Source of the DNA: an uncultured bacterium
Lineage (GTDB): Bacteria > Chlamydiota > Chlamydiia > Chlamydiales > FEN-1388
Length of the DNA: 64,000 nucleotides
NCBI GenBank assembly: GCA_964577935.1
Contig: CAZOAJ010000002.1
Location: forward strand, 92,598 to 156,597
Direction of reading: 5' to 3'
The notes beneath the pieces are model-generated. The model worked only from the letters and a program-made list of their open reading frames with translations. It did no database searches and was not told where the DNA came from. Positions 9,299-18,425 of the stretch are shown one piece after another. Each line of letters starts with the position of its first letter. Position 1 is the first letter of the stretch. A program made the translations under genes and the position numbers.

Positions 9299-10321
9299 AT
9301 GTTGGTTAATAAATCAAATCAAGCTCTTCAAAGTCCAGATTTCGATGAGAGCGAAATCGATCAACTTTCAGAACATCAATCACAGGCGAGCCAAATCCCC
9401 TCTTCAACTCAAAAAACGATAGATCTGCTCGAAATACACCCACTTTCATCACTGGATCTTATTGATTTTTTACCACAAGAACTACGTCAGAAGCCATTTG
9501 CCCGCCCACTCAACAGTGACTTATTAAATCACGTTGATGACTCAAGAAATCTCTCACCTCAGCTTGATTCATCTTATAACCATTTCAATAGAAACTCTTT
9601 ACAGCAACAACCACCAATAGAACGTAAAATTACACCTGTTTCCACACAGATCAAGGAAACATTAGCCTGCCTCATCGAGCATCAGAAAAATCCAAAGGAA
9701 TGTGTAAACATTCTTAAGGAGCGGTTTCCAATGGACTTAAGAGTTGATAAAATAGTACAGAAAGCATTCCAGAATCATTTCATCTCTCGCCTAAAGAATA
9801 CAGTTCAGCCTTCTCATAAAAAGTGGAATGATCAAGAAATTAAAAGAATGCACGAGCTTGCACAGCAAGGATATAACGATAAAACGATTGCTCTCATTTT
9901 AAGCTCTGAATTTGAAATGAGATTCAGTAAGGCAATGGTAGAATATAGAATGACTAAAGAGGCAAGCTCGAAAAGTCCGGTTCATCAATCACCTCTTAAT
10001 AAACTGATAAACAGATGCATTAAATCATTAATGACCCCTGAAGAGTGTCTAGATCAGGTTAAAATGCACTACAACCCTCTTGAGGCTGAAGAAATTGTCA
10101 CAAATGAATTTTCAAAACACTATGCCGAGTTGAAAAAAGAAATAATCGAAAAACCAGTACACAATGACTGGACGGAAGAAGAATTGGCCTATCTTTTCTA
10201 TCTTAAAGAGCAAGGGTACAGCGATAAGCTTGCGTCTATACTCCTAACTCACCGCTTCGATTTGTTTTTTACCCGAGAGAGCGTAACTCATCAATTGAAA
10301 ATAACAAGTTCTGACTCATAA
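9299..10321 (+). CDS. hypothetical protein with an internally duplicated ~105-aa module, each copy ending in a Myb/SANT-like W-x3-E...G...IA.IL unit
   Basis: Module A spans about aa 118-222 and module B about aa 232-335. Paired segments: LACLIEHQKNPKECVNILK / LINRCIKSLMTPEECLDQVK, and WNDQEIKRMHELAQQGYNDKTIALILSSEF / WTEEELAYLFYLKEQGYSDKLASILLTHRF. Confidence 0.6.
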   Translation: MLVNKSNQALQSPDFDESEIDQLSEHQSQASQIPSSTQKTIDLLEIHPLSSLDLIDFLPQELRQKPFARPLNSDLLNHVDDSRNLSPQLDSSYNHFNRNSLQQQPPIERKITPVSTQIKETLACLIEHQKNPKECVNILKERFPMDLRVDKIVQKAFQNHFISRLKNTVQPSHKKWNDQEIKRMHELAQQGYNDKTIALILSSEFEMRFSKAMVEYRMTKEASSKSPVHQSPLNKLINRCIKSLMTPEECLDQVKMHYNPLEAEEIVTNEFSKHYAELKKEIIEKPVHNDWTEEELAYLFYLKEQGYSDKLASILLTHRFDLFFTRESVTHQLKITSSDS

Positions 10322-10336
10322 GAGAACCTACTCGAT

Positions 10337-10360
10337 CAAAAATTCTGACAAAAATTCTGA
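10337..10360 (+). repeat. perfect 12-bp tandem duplication (CAAAAATTCTGA x2) just after the stop of 9299..10321
   Basis: Read directly: 10337..10348 is identical to 10349..10360. Confidence 0.95.
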
Positions 10361-10396
10361 GCTTGTCTAAACCCAAAAGTGTCTGTTAAAGGTGTT

Positions 10397-11116
10397 TTAC
10401 TCAGATTTTTGATCGATTTCGCTTTTAAGGCTATTTGAACCCGACATATCAATAGTCGCCGCACTTCCACTTGGACGAGATATGTTTATACCTGTAAAGC
10501 CCATAAAGGCCATAGACATAATGCCCGTCATAAAGAAGGTAATAGCCATCCCATTCATCCCTTTGGGAAGATTTGAATAAGCCAATTTCTCTCGAATCGC
10601 AGCCATAAGAGCAATTGCAAGCCACCAGCCCATTCCAGAACCAAACACATACACAACATTTGGAACAAATGGATATTCACGCATAACCGCAAAAAGGCAT
10701 GCGCCAAGAATCGCACAGTTTACAGCTATCAGAGGAAGATAGATCCCCAATGCTCTATATAGGCTTGGAGAGACTTTTTCGACGACTATCTCAGTCATCT
10801 GAGTAAAGGCAGCGATAACAGAGATAAAAAGTAAAAATTCTAAAAAGCCAAGATTAATACCTGATGCATCAATACCAAAAGCTTCAAGCCATGATAATGC
10901 TGAAGGTCCGGTAATATAATTATGAACTAACCAATTAAGAATCCCTGAAATCGTCAATATAAAAACAACAGCAACTCCAAGCCCATTTGCCGTTTTGAGC
11001 TTTGTTGAGCAAGCTAAGTAGGTACACATACCCAAAAAATTCGCCAACAAAAAGTTCTCTATAAACACAGCTTGAATTAAGAGTCCTAAAAGATTTACAG
11101 GCTCATACAGCCCCAT
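10397..11116 (-). CDS. nqrE: Na+-translocating NADH:quinone oxidoreductase subunit E
   Basis: Family signature AVFIENFLLANFLGMCTYLACS and polytopic membrane profile. The ATG at 11116 (MGLYEPVN) is chosen because the longer track ORF (to 11194) would overlap nqrD. Confidence 0.92.
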   Translation of the reverse strand: MGLYEPVNLLGLLIQAVFIENFLLANFLGMCTYLACSTKLKTANGLGVAVVFILTISGILNWLVHNYITGPSALSWLEAFGIDASGINLGFLEFLLFISVIAAFTQMTEIVVEKVSPSLYRALGIYLPLIAVNCAILGACLFAVMREYPFVPNVVYVFGSGMGWWLAIALMAAIREKLAYSNLPKGMNGMAITFFMTGIMSMAFMGFTGINISRPSGSAATIDMSGSNSLKSEIDQKSE

Positions 11117-11144
11117 CCAAAGTCCAGAGCTCACAAAAAAACCC

Positions 11145-11786
11145 TCATTTCTGTTGAGACTTTCTATAATTGACAATCCACACAAGGCAACCAATAATAA
11201 AAAAGGCGGCCGGAGGAGTTACCATAAGACCAAAGTTCTGATATCCATCAGGATTGGAAGCTGAAGCATAAAAGCTTAATGGAATGACGCGCATACCCAA
11301 TATCTCACCAAAACCAAAAAGCTCTCGGATTACACCAATAATAGCTAGAACAATCGCATAACCAAGTCCTGCGCCTATCCCATCTAAAAATGCAGGAAGT
11401 GGAGAAACACTTTTAGCCATACCTTCCGCACGTCCCATAACAATACAGTTGGTAATAATTAGACCAACAAAAACACTCAGTTTCTTAGAGATATCAAAAA
11501 AATAGGCTTGAAGAAATTGATCAATGATAATCACGAAGAGAGAAATGATTGCCAACTGCGTAATCATTCGTACGCTATCAGGTGTTTTTTTCCTCAATAT
11601 CGAAACAAACAGCGAACTAAACCCTGTCACAAATGTAACAGAAAGGCCCATTGTCAGGGCAATAGAGAGTCTATTTGTAACACCTAAGGCGGAACAAATT
11701 CCAAGAACTGCAACCAATACTTGATTCTGGTCAAATACTTGATTCGTTAAATAGCTGTAGGTAGGAACCCCCTGCTGCTGATTCAT
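11145..11786 (-). CDS. nqrD: Na+-translocating NADH:quinone oxidoreductase subunit D
   Basis: 213 aa, NqrD/RnfE-family profile ([17 protein letters not shown]...). Sits between nqrC and nqrE. Confidence 0.94.
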   Translation of the reverse strand: MNQQQGVPTYSYLTNQVFDQNQVLVAVLGICSALGVTNRLSIALTMGLSVTFVTGFSSLFVSILRKKTPDSVRMITQLAIISLFVIIIDQFLQAYFFDISKKLSVFVGLIITNCIVMGRAEGMAKSVSPLPAFLDGIGAGLGYAIVLAIIGVIRELFGFGEILGMRVIPLSFYASASNPDGYQNFGLMVTPPAAFFIIGCLVWIVNYRKSQQK

Positions 11787-12731
11787 CTATCTTTTCCCTC
11801 CAGCTGAAGGCTTTTCTGATGCAAGTATTTCAAAAAAATTTCTATATGACTCTAAAGTGTCTTTATAAGCACGTGTTACACCATTTCCAGTCAAGGTAGC
11901 ACCTGCCATACCATCAACGGATGATAAAGCTTTTGGGCTTGAGCCTAACACATCTGAAACCTTCCCTCGAACAACAGTAATACCAATCTGGGCACGGCTC
12001 ATATCGATTTGACCAGTAGAATCGGCTAAAAAGATTTGCTTACCAGGAAATTGGCTCTGCCAATCAGCCTCAGCAATATTTGCACCGAGACCTGGTGTCT
12101 CCTTTTGCTCATACCATGAAATTCCAATAACAGTCTTTCCATCGGGCTTTATAGCCAAATAACCGCCTATAAAATCCCAAAGACCATATCCTGAGATAGG
12201 AATTACATATCCTTCTGGTTTTACAGAAGGCGGCTGAAGCCCCTCAGGAGTTGGATTTGGAAGAATAAAGAAAATTGGCAGCCAATCCTGTTGAGAAAAA
12301 CCGGTTTTTTTATGTTCTGTGAGATATGTGTCTACTTCCAAATGCTGCTCTTCGTAGGTAGAAATGGCACCTTGTTTATTCACAAGCATTGGACGGACAC
12401 GGGCTCTGTATACAGCTAAAATATCCGCTTGTGATGCAATAATTTCGTCTTTTGTGGGCTCCAAATATCCATTTGCAACCTGTTTTGCAGGCTCCACTTT
12501 ACCATCTACGTTAAGCTGCAGATAGCCTTTATAGTTAAATATTTGTGCAGAGAGCAAAAGTTGCTTACTGCGATCAAGCTCTCTAGCAGACTCTTGCGGC
12601 TTTTGTAATGCACTGGAAAGAATTGCCAAAATTGATGCAGAAACAATACTTAAAACAATTACAAACAGGATGGTTGCTCTATCTGAAAACCCTTTAGATA
12701 TAGGCTGATCGGGCACTGGCTGATTAGGCAT
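11787..12731 (-). CDS. nqrC: Na+-translocating NADH:quinone oxidoreductase subunit C (FMN-binding)
   Basis: N-terminal TM anchor plus the covalent-FMN threonine motif context DGMAGATLTGNGV. The ATG at 12731 overlaps the nqrB stop by 8 nt. The longer track ORF (to 12830) lies inside nqrB. Confidence 0.9.
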   Translation of the reverse strand: MPNQPVPDQPISKGFSDRATILFVIVLSIVSASILAILSSALQKPQESARELDRSKQLLLSAQIFNYKGYLQLNVDGKVEPAKQVANGYLEPTKDEIIASQADILAVYRARVRPMLVNKQGAISTYEEQHLEVDTYLTEHKKTGFSQQDWLPIFFILPNPTPEGLQPPSVKPEGYVIPISGYGLWDFIGGYLAIKPDGKTVIGISWYEQKETPGLGANIAEADWQSQFPGKQIFLADSTGQIDMSRAQIGITVVRGKVSDVLGSSPKALSSVDGMAGATLTGNGVTRAYKDTLESYRNFFEILASEKPSAGGKR

Positions 12732-14259
12732 ATGAAAGTGCACGCCTCCTGTAAAACAATGCGGCATAATGATCAATAAATGGAGCAAATACATTGCCGG
12801 TAATGGTTGCAAGCATGACAGCTTCAGCATAGGCAGGATTTATTGAACGAATAACCACAACAAGCATTCCTATCATAAATCCATAGATCCAGCGACCAGC
12901 TCGTAAAGCCGGAGATGAAACAGGGTCTGTAGCCATAAAGACTGCACCAAACACTAAGCTCCCCATCAAAAGGTGCTTATAAGGAGGGAATGTAAACACA
13001 GCAGGAGACCAAATACCCCCTTCAGAACCAAAAAACTGAGTACAAATTTTAAAGGTCCATGCTGTAATAAAGGCACCGAGAATCATACCGGCCATCGTTC
13101 TCCATGATCCAACACCTGCAAATATAAGGATAAAAGCCCCTAAAAGACATGCGAGGATAGATGTTTCTCCAAAGCTTCCAAGCTTATTTCCCAAGAACAG
13201 ATTCCAGTTTGTCTGCATTCCCACTTCATATTCTAAAGTTGCAAAGCGGTAGGCACTTTCAAAATTTTCAGGAGATAAACCAAGCCCTTGCTGCGAAATG
13301 GGATCTGTCAGATAATTCTTCAATGTATCTCTGGACACGGAATGCAAAGGCTTTGTTATATTATTTTTTTGTGCCCAAGCATCAAACTTTGAATCAAGAA
13401 CTTGCTTTTTCGTTACATTTCCTGAATCGCCATCCAAACTCGCTCCGATCGTATCTACATGAATACGCTTGATATCTAACCCTATATTAAATTTAGCAAG
13501 AGATGTTGCTTGAGTATATCCATCTATGGTGGAGAGTCCTGCATCTTTATTCATTTTGATAAGGCTTTCACGGACAACAACTGGATTCGTCCCTGCCCAT
13601 ACATCACCAGACATTTGCCCAGGGAATGTAAAAAACAATAAGAGGCGACAGGTCATTGCAGGGTTTACAATGTTCATCCCCGTCCCGCCAAAAATTTCCT
13701 TTGAAAGAATGATGCCAGCAATAACACCTAACGCGACCATCCAATAGGGAATAGTAGGAGGAAGAATCAAAGCAAATAGCATACCTGAAACTAAAAATCC
13801 CTCAGCTATTTCATGCTTCCGAACACATGCACAAATACCTTCTGCTATACCTCCAGCCATATATGAAATGATCATAACAGGGATAAAAGAGGAAAGGCCA
13901 TACTCGAGAATTGTCTGCCATCGACCATCTTTCATACAAAATGAAAAATAGCCTGAAAGGGAATGAGAGCTTGAAATAAACTCATTCATAAGCTTGTAAT
14001 CACCCGATACATAGACAAGCTTTTGAATGCCTGAATTCCATACAGACATAAGGATGCAAGGGACAAGAGCAAAGACTACGATCATCATCCAGCGTTTCAA
14101 GTCAACCGCATCTCGAATATGAGGAGCACTTTTGGTACGAATAGATGGCTCGAAGAAAAACGAATCTAGGGCTGATACAAGCGGCCTCATTCTTTCTAGA
14201 GGCTTTCCTTTCGCAACAAGAGCAAGTTGTGCGTCAAGAAACCGCCGAATAATCTGCAT
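12724..14259 (-). CDS. nqrB: Na+-translocating NADH:quinone oxidoreductase subunit B
   Basis: 511 aa, NqrB/RnfD family (FMATDPVSSP, polytopic). Long form, as in chlamydial NqrB. Confidence 0.94.
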   Translation of the reverse strand: MQIIRRFLDAQLALVAKGKPLERMRPLVSALDSFFFEPSIRTKSAPHIRDAVDLKRWMMIVVFALVPCILMSVWNSGIQKLVYVSGDYKLMNEFISSSHSLSGYFSFCMKDGRWQTILEYGLSSFIPVMIISYMAGGIAEGICACVRKHEIAEGFLVSGMLFALILPPTIPYWMVALGVIAGIILSKEIFGGTGMNIVNPAMTCRLLLFFTFPGQMSGDVWAGTNPVVVRESLIKMNKDAGLSTIDGYTQATSLAKFNIGLDIKRIHVDTIGASLDGDSGNVTKKQVLDSKFDAWAQKNNITKPLHSVSRDTLKNYLTDPISQQGLGLSPENFESAYRFATLEYEVGMQTNWNLFLGNKLGSFGETSILACLLGAFILIFAGVGSWRTMAGMILGAFITAWTFKICTQFFGSEGGIWSPAVFTFPPYKHLLMGSLVFGAVFMATDPVSSPALRAGRWIYGFMIGMLVVVIRSINPAYAEAVMLATITGNVFAPFIDHYAALFYRRRALSYA

Positions 14260-14289
14260 ATCTAGACAAACCTCTTTCGAAATATTGAT

Positions 14290-14970
14290 GTGAAGGTACC
14301 ATATCTTTATGAAATGTCAATAGAACAATGTATATGCCCTATGAATCAATCTAAATTACTCAATTTCATTTTTCCTCATCTCTGTTTTCATTGCAAAGAG
14401 TCTCTTCCTCAAGACAGATTAAGACTCTGTGCTCATTGCTTTGATGAGCTTCATCTCGTTAATCCGATCGGAAGATGCCCTTTCTGTTTTGAAGAGGTCG
14501 ATTCATGTTCAAACAGCTCATGTGGTTGTAAAAAGCAAAGCGATCTGCCCTTTTATTTTGCCACCTGTTTTGAACCATTGACTGTCCCTAAATGGTTTTC
14601 AAATGAACTCCGAAAGGGATCTGATGATATGTTTAAAGCGATATCAGCGTTTCTTCTCCTTCAACTCCAAGAGCTGTGCTGGGACAAAATCGATATAGTA
14701 CTCCCCTATTCCGGAGTAAGTACATCAAGCGCTCGAGCCATAGCTTGCTGTGTAGGCAAAAGTCTCAATACGCAAGTATACTCTCCCTTTTTCTTCTACG
14801 ATGAACGATTTCCGCTATTTAAATTTGCTGCTCGAAAAAATATTCAGGATAGATCGATCCTTGTTCTTTGCCCATTCACATCCTCTCGATCAGAGCTTAT
14901 TCCTCTTGTTGAGAATCTCATGAGTTTGTATCCAAGACAAATACGAGCTTTGGGAATTCATCACACATGA
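14290..14970 (+). CDS. ComF-family protein (double zinc-ribbon N-terminus plus degenerate phosphoribosyltransferase fold)
   Basis: CxxC...CxxC...CxxC pattern (CFHCKESL..CAHCFDEL..CPFCFEE). The C-terminal ILVLCPFTSSRSE sits where ComF/PRTases carry VLLVDDVxTTGxT. Start uncertain: GTG 14290, ATG 14314 or ATG 14341. Confidence 0.6.
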   Translation: MKVPYLYEMSIEQCICPMNQSKLLNFIFPHLCFHCKESLPQDRLRLCAHCFDELHLVNPIGRCPFCFEEVDSCSNSSCGCKKQSDLPFYFATCFEPLTVPKWFSNELRKGSDDMFKAISAFLLLQLQELCWDKIDIVLPYSGVSTSSARAIACCVGKSLNTQVYSPFFFYDERFPLFKFAARKNIQDRSILVLCPFTSSRSELIPLVENLMSLYPRQIRALGIHHT

Positions 14971-15449
14971 CTAAATTGCTTTTGTTTATGAGACACGCAG
15001 AACCTGGGGAAATACCTCCTGAAGGAGATCAGTACTGTCCTATATCTGAAAGAGGAAAAATAATACAAAAATCTATTGCAAGAGAGCTTAGCCAATACGT
15101 TCAGAAAATCGATACCCTCTACAGCTCCCCTCTTGTTCGAGCAAAACAAACAGCCGACATTATTGCACAACATTTTTCATGCCCATGTCTTGTGCTCAAT
15201 GCACTTGGAATACCGTTTCATAAAGAAGAAATACTAGCACTCATCTCAATGCTCCCTGAAAAATCGATCACAGGCTTTGTAGGACATGGACCATCTCTTA
15301 CCTGGACTTTGAATAGACTCGGGATCAGCCTCCCAAGCGGTGAACTTGGACGAAGCTGCATAGCTGGAGTAGAGGTTGACACCTCTCAAGGCACTTTAAA
15401 TTTTCATCTACAGCCCAAAAACATGAACCGATTTACAGGGCTCACCTAG
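14967..15449 (+). CDS. sixA: SixA-like histidine phosphatase (phosphoglycerate-mutase superfamily branch 1)
   Basis: LLLFMRHAEPGE (RHx catalytic motif) and a later GHGPSL motif. 160 aa. The start overlaps the upstream stop by 4 nt (ATGA). Confidence 0.78.
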   Translation: MTKLLLFMRHAEPGEIPPEGDQYCPISERGKIIQKSIARELSQYVQKIDTLYSSPLVRAKQTADIIAQHFSCPCLVLNALGIPFHKEEILALISMLPEKSITGFVGHGPSLTWTLNRLGISLPSGELGRSCIAGVEVDTSQGTLNFHLQPKNMNRFTGLT

Positions 15450-15450
15450 T

Positions 15451-17577
15451 ATGGATATCCACAATGCGTCACATAGACTAAATTTCATCCTGAAGGACTT
15501 GAGCATAAACACTCAAGAACCTCCTCAATCTAAAAAAGATAAGGCTGACGAAAATTATGCACGTGTCGTTAAAGATCAACTACAACTTATCCAGCAAGAT
15601 CTTTTACAACCAACAAGCGTTCTTCTTCAAAAAATTTCTCCCTCTACCTTACACAATGTTCTCTCAAAAGTTACAGAGATCTCGAACCAACTTCAAGAAT
15701 TAGAAAAGACTCAAGGGATTAAAAATAGGATCGAGGCTACAACTCTTAACGAAATTGCATTTCTTGCGCGCCAAACCATAAGCACAATAAATATTGCCGA
15801 AACTTCACTAAAAACATTTTTAGAAGAAAGAAAATCAATAAATCAACCTCAATCGTGGTTCAGCACACTTGCAGAGTTTGCCTGTACATGTTTTGCAAGT
15901 CCTGCATTTGGATACCTTATAGAACCCAAAGTTCTTGATAATCTTAATGCATCGTATGACAAGAGCAAAGAGCGGCTCTTTTCAGCCTCTGAAAGCGATG
16001 AGCCCGCTAAATGTATTGAAGCCCTCTCTGAATATGCTATCGCCTATCTTTCGGATCAGATACTTCATATCGAAAAGTATGAACCTGAACTCAGAGCCCC
16101 ATTTCTTAGGGACCTTTTCGATGATATCACTATCGGAAATCCTAAACCGACAGCAAAGGGGGTTGCCCTCATAAAGGTTCTTGAAAACCATCCGACGGTT
16201 ATCAGTAAACTTATTTCCGTGAATATCATGAACGGCGCAGCGACAGCCTATGAAAAAATTGGAATCATACCTTCCGACTTCCTCGTTGAATTCTTGAATA
16301 CGTGCTTTACAGAATCGATTAATGACATCTCTGAAAAAGCTCATATCGATAGCAACCCGACTCTTGGGGAAAAATTTGGGCTAGAGGTCCGAAAAAATTT
16401 ACTTCAAGGAACTACACAGAAATTACTTTCTGAAGCACTTCTAGGACTCGCATTCCCCAATGAGAAAGATGACTTGATAATGGGTACTGAAAATTTTCTT
16501 CACATTGTAGACGATGTAAATGCTCAGCAGTTGTTATGGAACCTCCTAACGACTATTCTCCAAGAACAATTTACATCTGCGTTTAGAGGATTTAGCGAAA
16601 ATGATGATTTAACAACTATTCTTCTTATTAATGGCTTTGAAAGCACACAGGCCATTATGAGCGGAAGTAATGATTCACAAAGGGCAGATTTAAATATCCA
16701 CACGCTCCTCACTACGCCTCAACACGGTATTGGCATGGTTGGCATTGTCTTTGTATTCTTTAAAGTTATATTTTCGAGCCTCGGCGAAGCAATAGCCAAA
16801 TTCCGCCCATTTTTTGGATATGATGAACAAGTTGATCGAGAAGTAGACCTTACGCTTGCTCCTCAAATTGAAAACTTCCTCAAAATGATTCAAAAAGAAT
16901 CAGGATCCCTTGTATTAAAGGCTTTTCTCTACTTCAAAGGACGAGATCTTGCCCGTTCACTGAGCCCAGCAATTATTAAAAGTATTAAAGGCATTGAAGG
17001 CGATGAAAAGACAAAGGGAGTTAACCTAAAAAACCTTGTCACACAGCAGTTTAAAGGCTTGATTATGGCAACGGGAGCGACAGAGGAGCATGAAGGACAT
17101 ATTCGGTTTACGACTCCTTCGTTTCCAAAAACAAAACAAGAGCTTTTGGATTTAAAAAATAAAAAGGATGAAGAGCGAAAGAAACTTGACGATCGCTTAA
17201 AAGAGGCCAAAAACAATTTAGGAACTCAATTGGAGGGACTCATTGACAGCATCCATAGCACAGTTAAATTCAACGATGTTACCTTATCTCCATCTGCAAG
17301 CGATATTGAGGGATTCCTTTCAACTCTTCAATCATTCTTTATCGGCTTTGCCAACGCATGCACAAGAAAGCTGATATCTCTCGTTCTTTGGCTTTTCAAT
17401 GCTCAAAAAGTCATTCAAAACGTTGGAGGAATCGCCCAAAAGAAGGCCTATGATATTGAACAAGATTCATTCCTCCTCAGACTCTCGGAATTTGCTGCGA
17501 AAGAGCTTGCCCCATACAAACATAAGACTCTCCCTAAGGAACCAATAAATGCAGTACCAAACGATGGAACAGGATGA
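15451..17577 (+). CDS. large hypothetical protein with one strongly hydrophobic segment (lineage-specific)
   Basis: 708-aa ORF that starts 2 nt after the sixA stop. Hydrophobic stretch GIGMVGIVFVFFKVIFSSLG and a coiled-coil-like C-terminal third. No domain recognised. Confidence 0.6.
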   Translation: MDIHNASHRLNFILKDLSINTQEPPQSKKDKADENYARVVKDQLQLIQQDLLQPTSVLLQKISPSTLHNVLSKVTEISNQLQELEKTQGIKNRIEATTLNEIAFLARQTISTINIAETSLKTFLEERKSINQPQSWFSTLAEFACTCFASPAFGYLIEPKVLDNLNASYDKSKERLFSASESDEPAKCIEALSEYAIAYLSDQILHIEKYEPELRAPFLRDLFDDITIGNPKPTAKGVALIKVLENHPTVISKLISVNIMNGAATAYEKIGIIPSDFLVEFLNTCFTESINDISEKAHIDSNPTLGEKFGLEVRKNLLQGTTQKLLSEALLGLAFPNEKDDLIMGTENFLHIVDDVNAQQLLWNLLTTILQEQFTSAFRGFSENDDLTTILLINGFESTQAIMSGSNDSQRADLNIHTLLTTPQHGIGMVGIVFVFFKVIFSSLGEAIAKFRPFFGYDEQVDREVDLTLAPQIENFLKMIQKESGSLVLKAFLYFKGRDLARSLSPAIIKSIKGIEGDEKTKGVNLKNLVTQQFKGLIMATGATEEHEGHIRFTTPSFPKTKQELLDLKNKKDEERKKLDDRLKEAKNNLGTQLEGLIDSIHSTVKFNDVTLSPSASDIEGFLSTLQSFFIGFANACTRKLISLVLWLFNAQKVIQNVGGIAQKKAYDIEQDSFLLRLSEFAAKELAPYKHKTLPKEPINAVPNDGTG

Positions 17578-18371
17578 TTCTAAAAGCTCTATATATATCG
17601 CTTTCCCTTAGCGTGCTTGGTTGTTGCAACCTCTTCTCAGCTCTTCCCCTTTATTATTGGGAAAACACACCTCCAGAAAATAACTTCGGAGACATTCTCT
17701 CAATAAAACTTATTGAAAAAATGACAAACCTTCCGATACGAAAAGCTGACCTTCATGAGAGAAAAGTTCTGGCAATTGGTTCTATTCTTCAATTTGCAAA
17801 GGACCACGATGTGATTTGGGGATCGGGGATCAATGGAAATTGTCTCGATATAGGACAGTACCAATATAGAAAGCTTGATGTTCGAGCTGTCCGAGGCCCT
17901 CTTACAAAAAGATTTCTTGAACAGCTTGGGGTAAAGTGCCCTGAAATTTATGGCGATCCGGCCCTCCTTATCCCTCGTTTTTTTCCTGAATTTCGTCCAA
18001 ACCCAAAGCGCAGCTACCTAGTTATTCCTCATATTTCTGAACGAAACCGTATGCCGCAATCGGATGTGGTAATCTATCCTACAGAACCATGGGAAGTAAT
18101 TGTGAGAAAAATTGTCGAATCGAGATTTGTCATTTCAAGCTCTCTTCATGGAATTATAGTCGCAGAGGCCTTTGGAATACCTGCTCGTCTTCTTCGAATC
18201 AGTGAAAATGAATCTATATTGAAATATCAAGACTATTATCTTGGCACGGGACGTAAGAGTTTTAGATATGCTCGTTCGGTTGAAGAGGCCTTAAGAATGG
18301 GAGGAGAAGTTCCAGCACAGTGCAATATCGACAAACTTCAAAGCTGTTTTCCCTATGAGGTGTTCAGATAA
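17574..18371 (+). CDS. polysaccharide pyruvyl transferase family protein (ExoV-like)
   Basis: NFGDILS...GSILQ...VIWGSGING...RAVRGPLT...YGDPALLIP...SSSLHGIIVAEAFGIPA matches the ExoV/CsaB-type pyruvyl transferase pattern. There is a 4-nt ATGA overlap with the upstream ORF. Confidence 0.8.
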   Translation: MILKALYISLSLSVLGCCNLFSALPLYYWENTPPENNFGDILSIKLIEKMTNLPIRKADLHERKVLAIGSILQFAKDHDVIWGSGINGNCLDIGQYQYRKLDVRAVRGPLTKRFLEQLGVKCPEIYGDPALLIPRFFPEFRPNPKRSYLVIPHISERNRMPQSDVVIYPTEPWEVIVRKIVESRFVISSSLHGIIVAEAFGIPARLLRISENESILKYQDYYLGTGRKSFRYARSVEEALRMGGEVPAQCNIDKLQSCFPYEVFR

Positions 18372-18425
18372 CTTCAGTTAATTAAGGCGCCTCACGAGAT
18401 AAGGCGCCTCTAGAGCATCAAGCGT

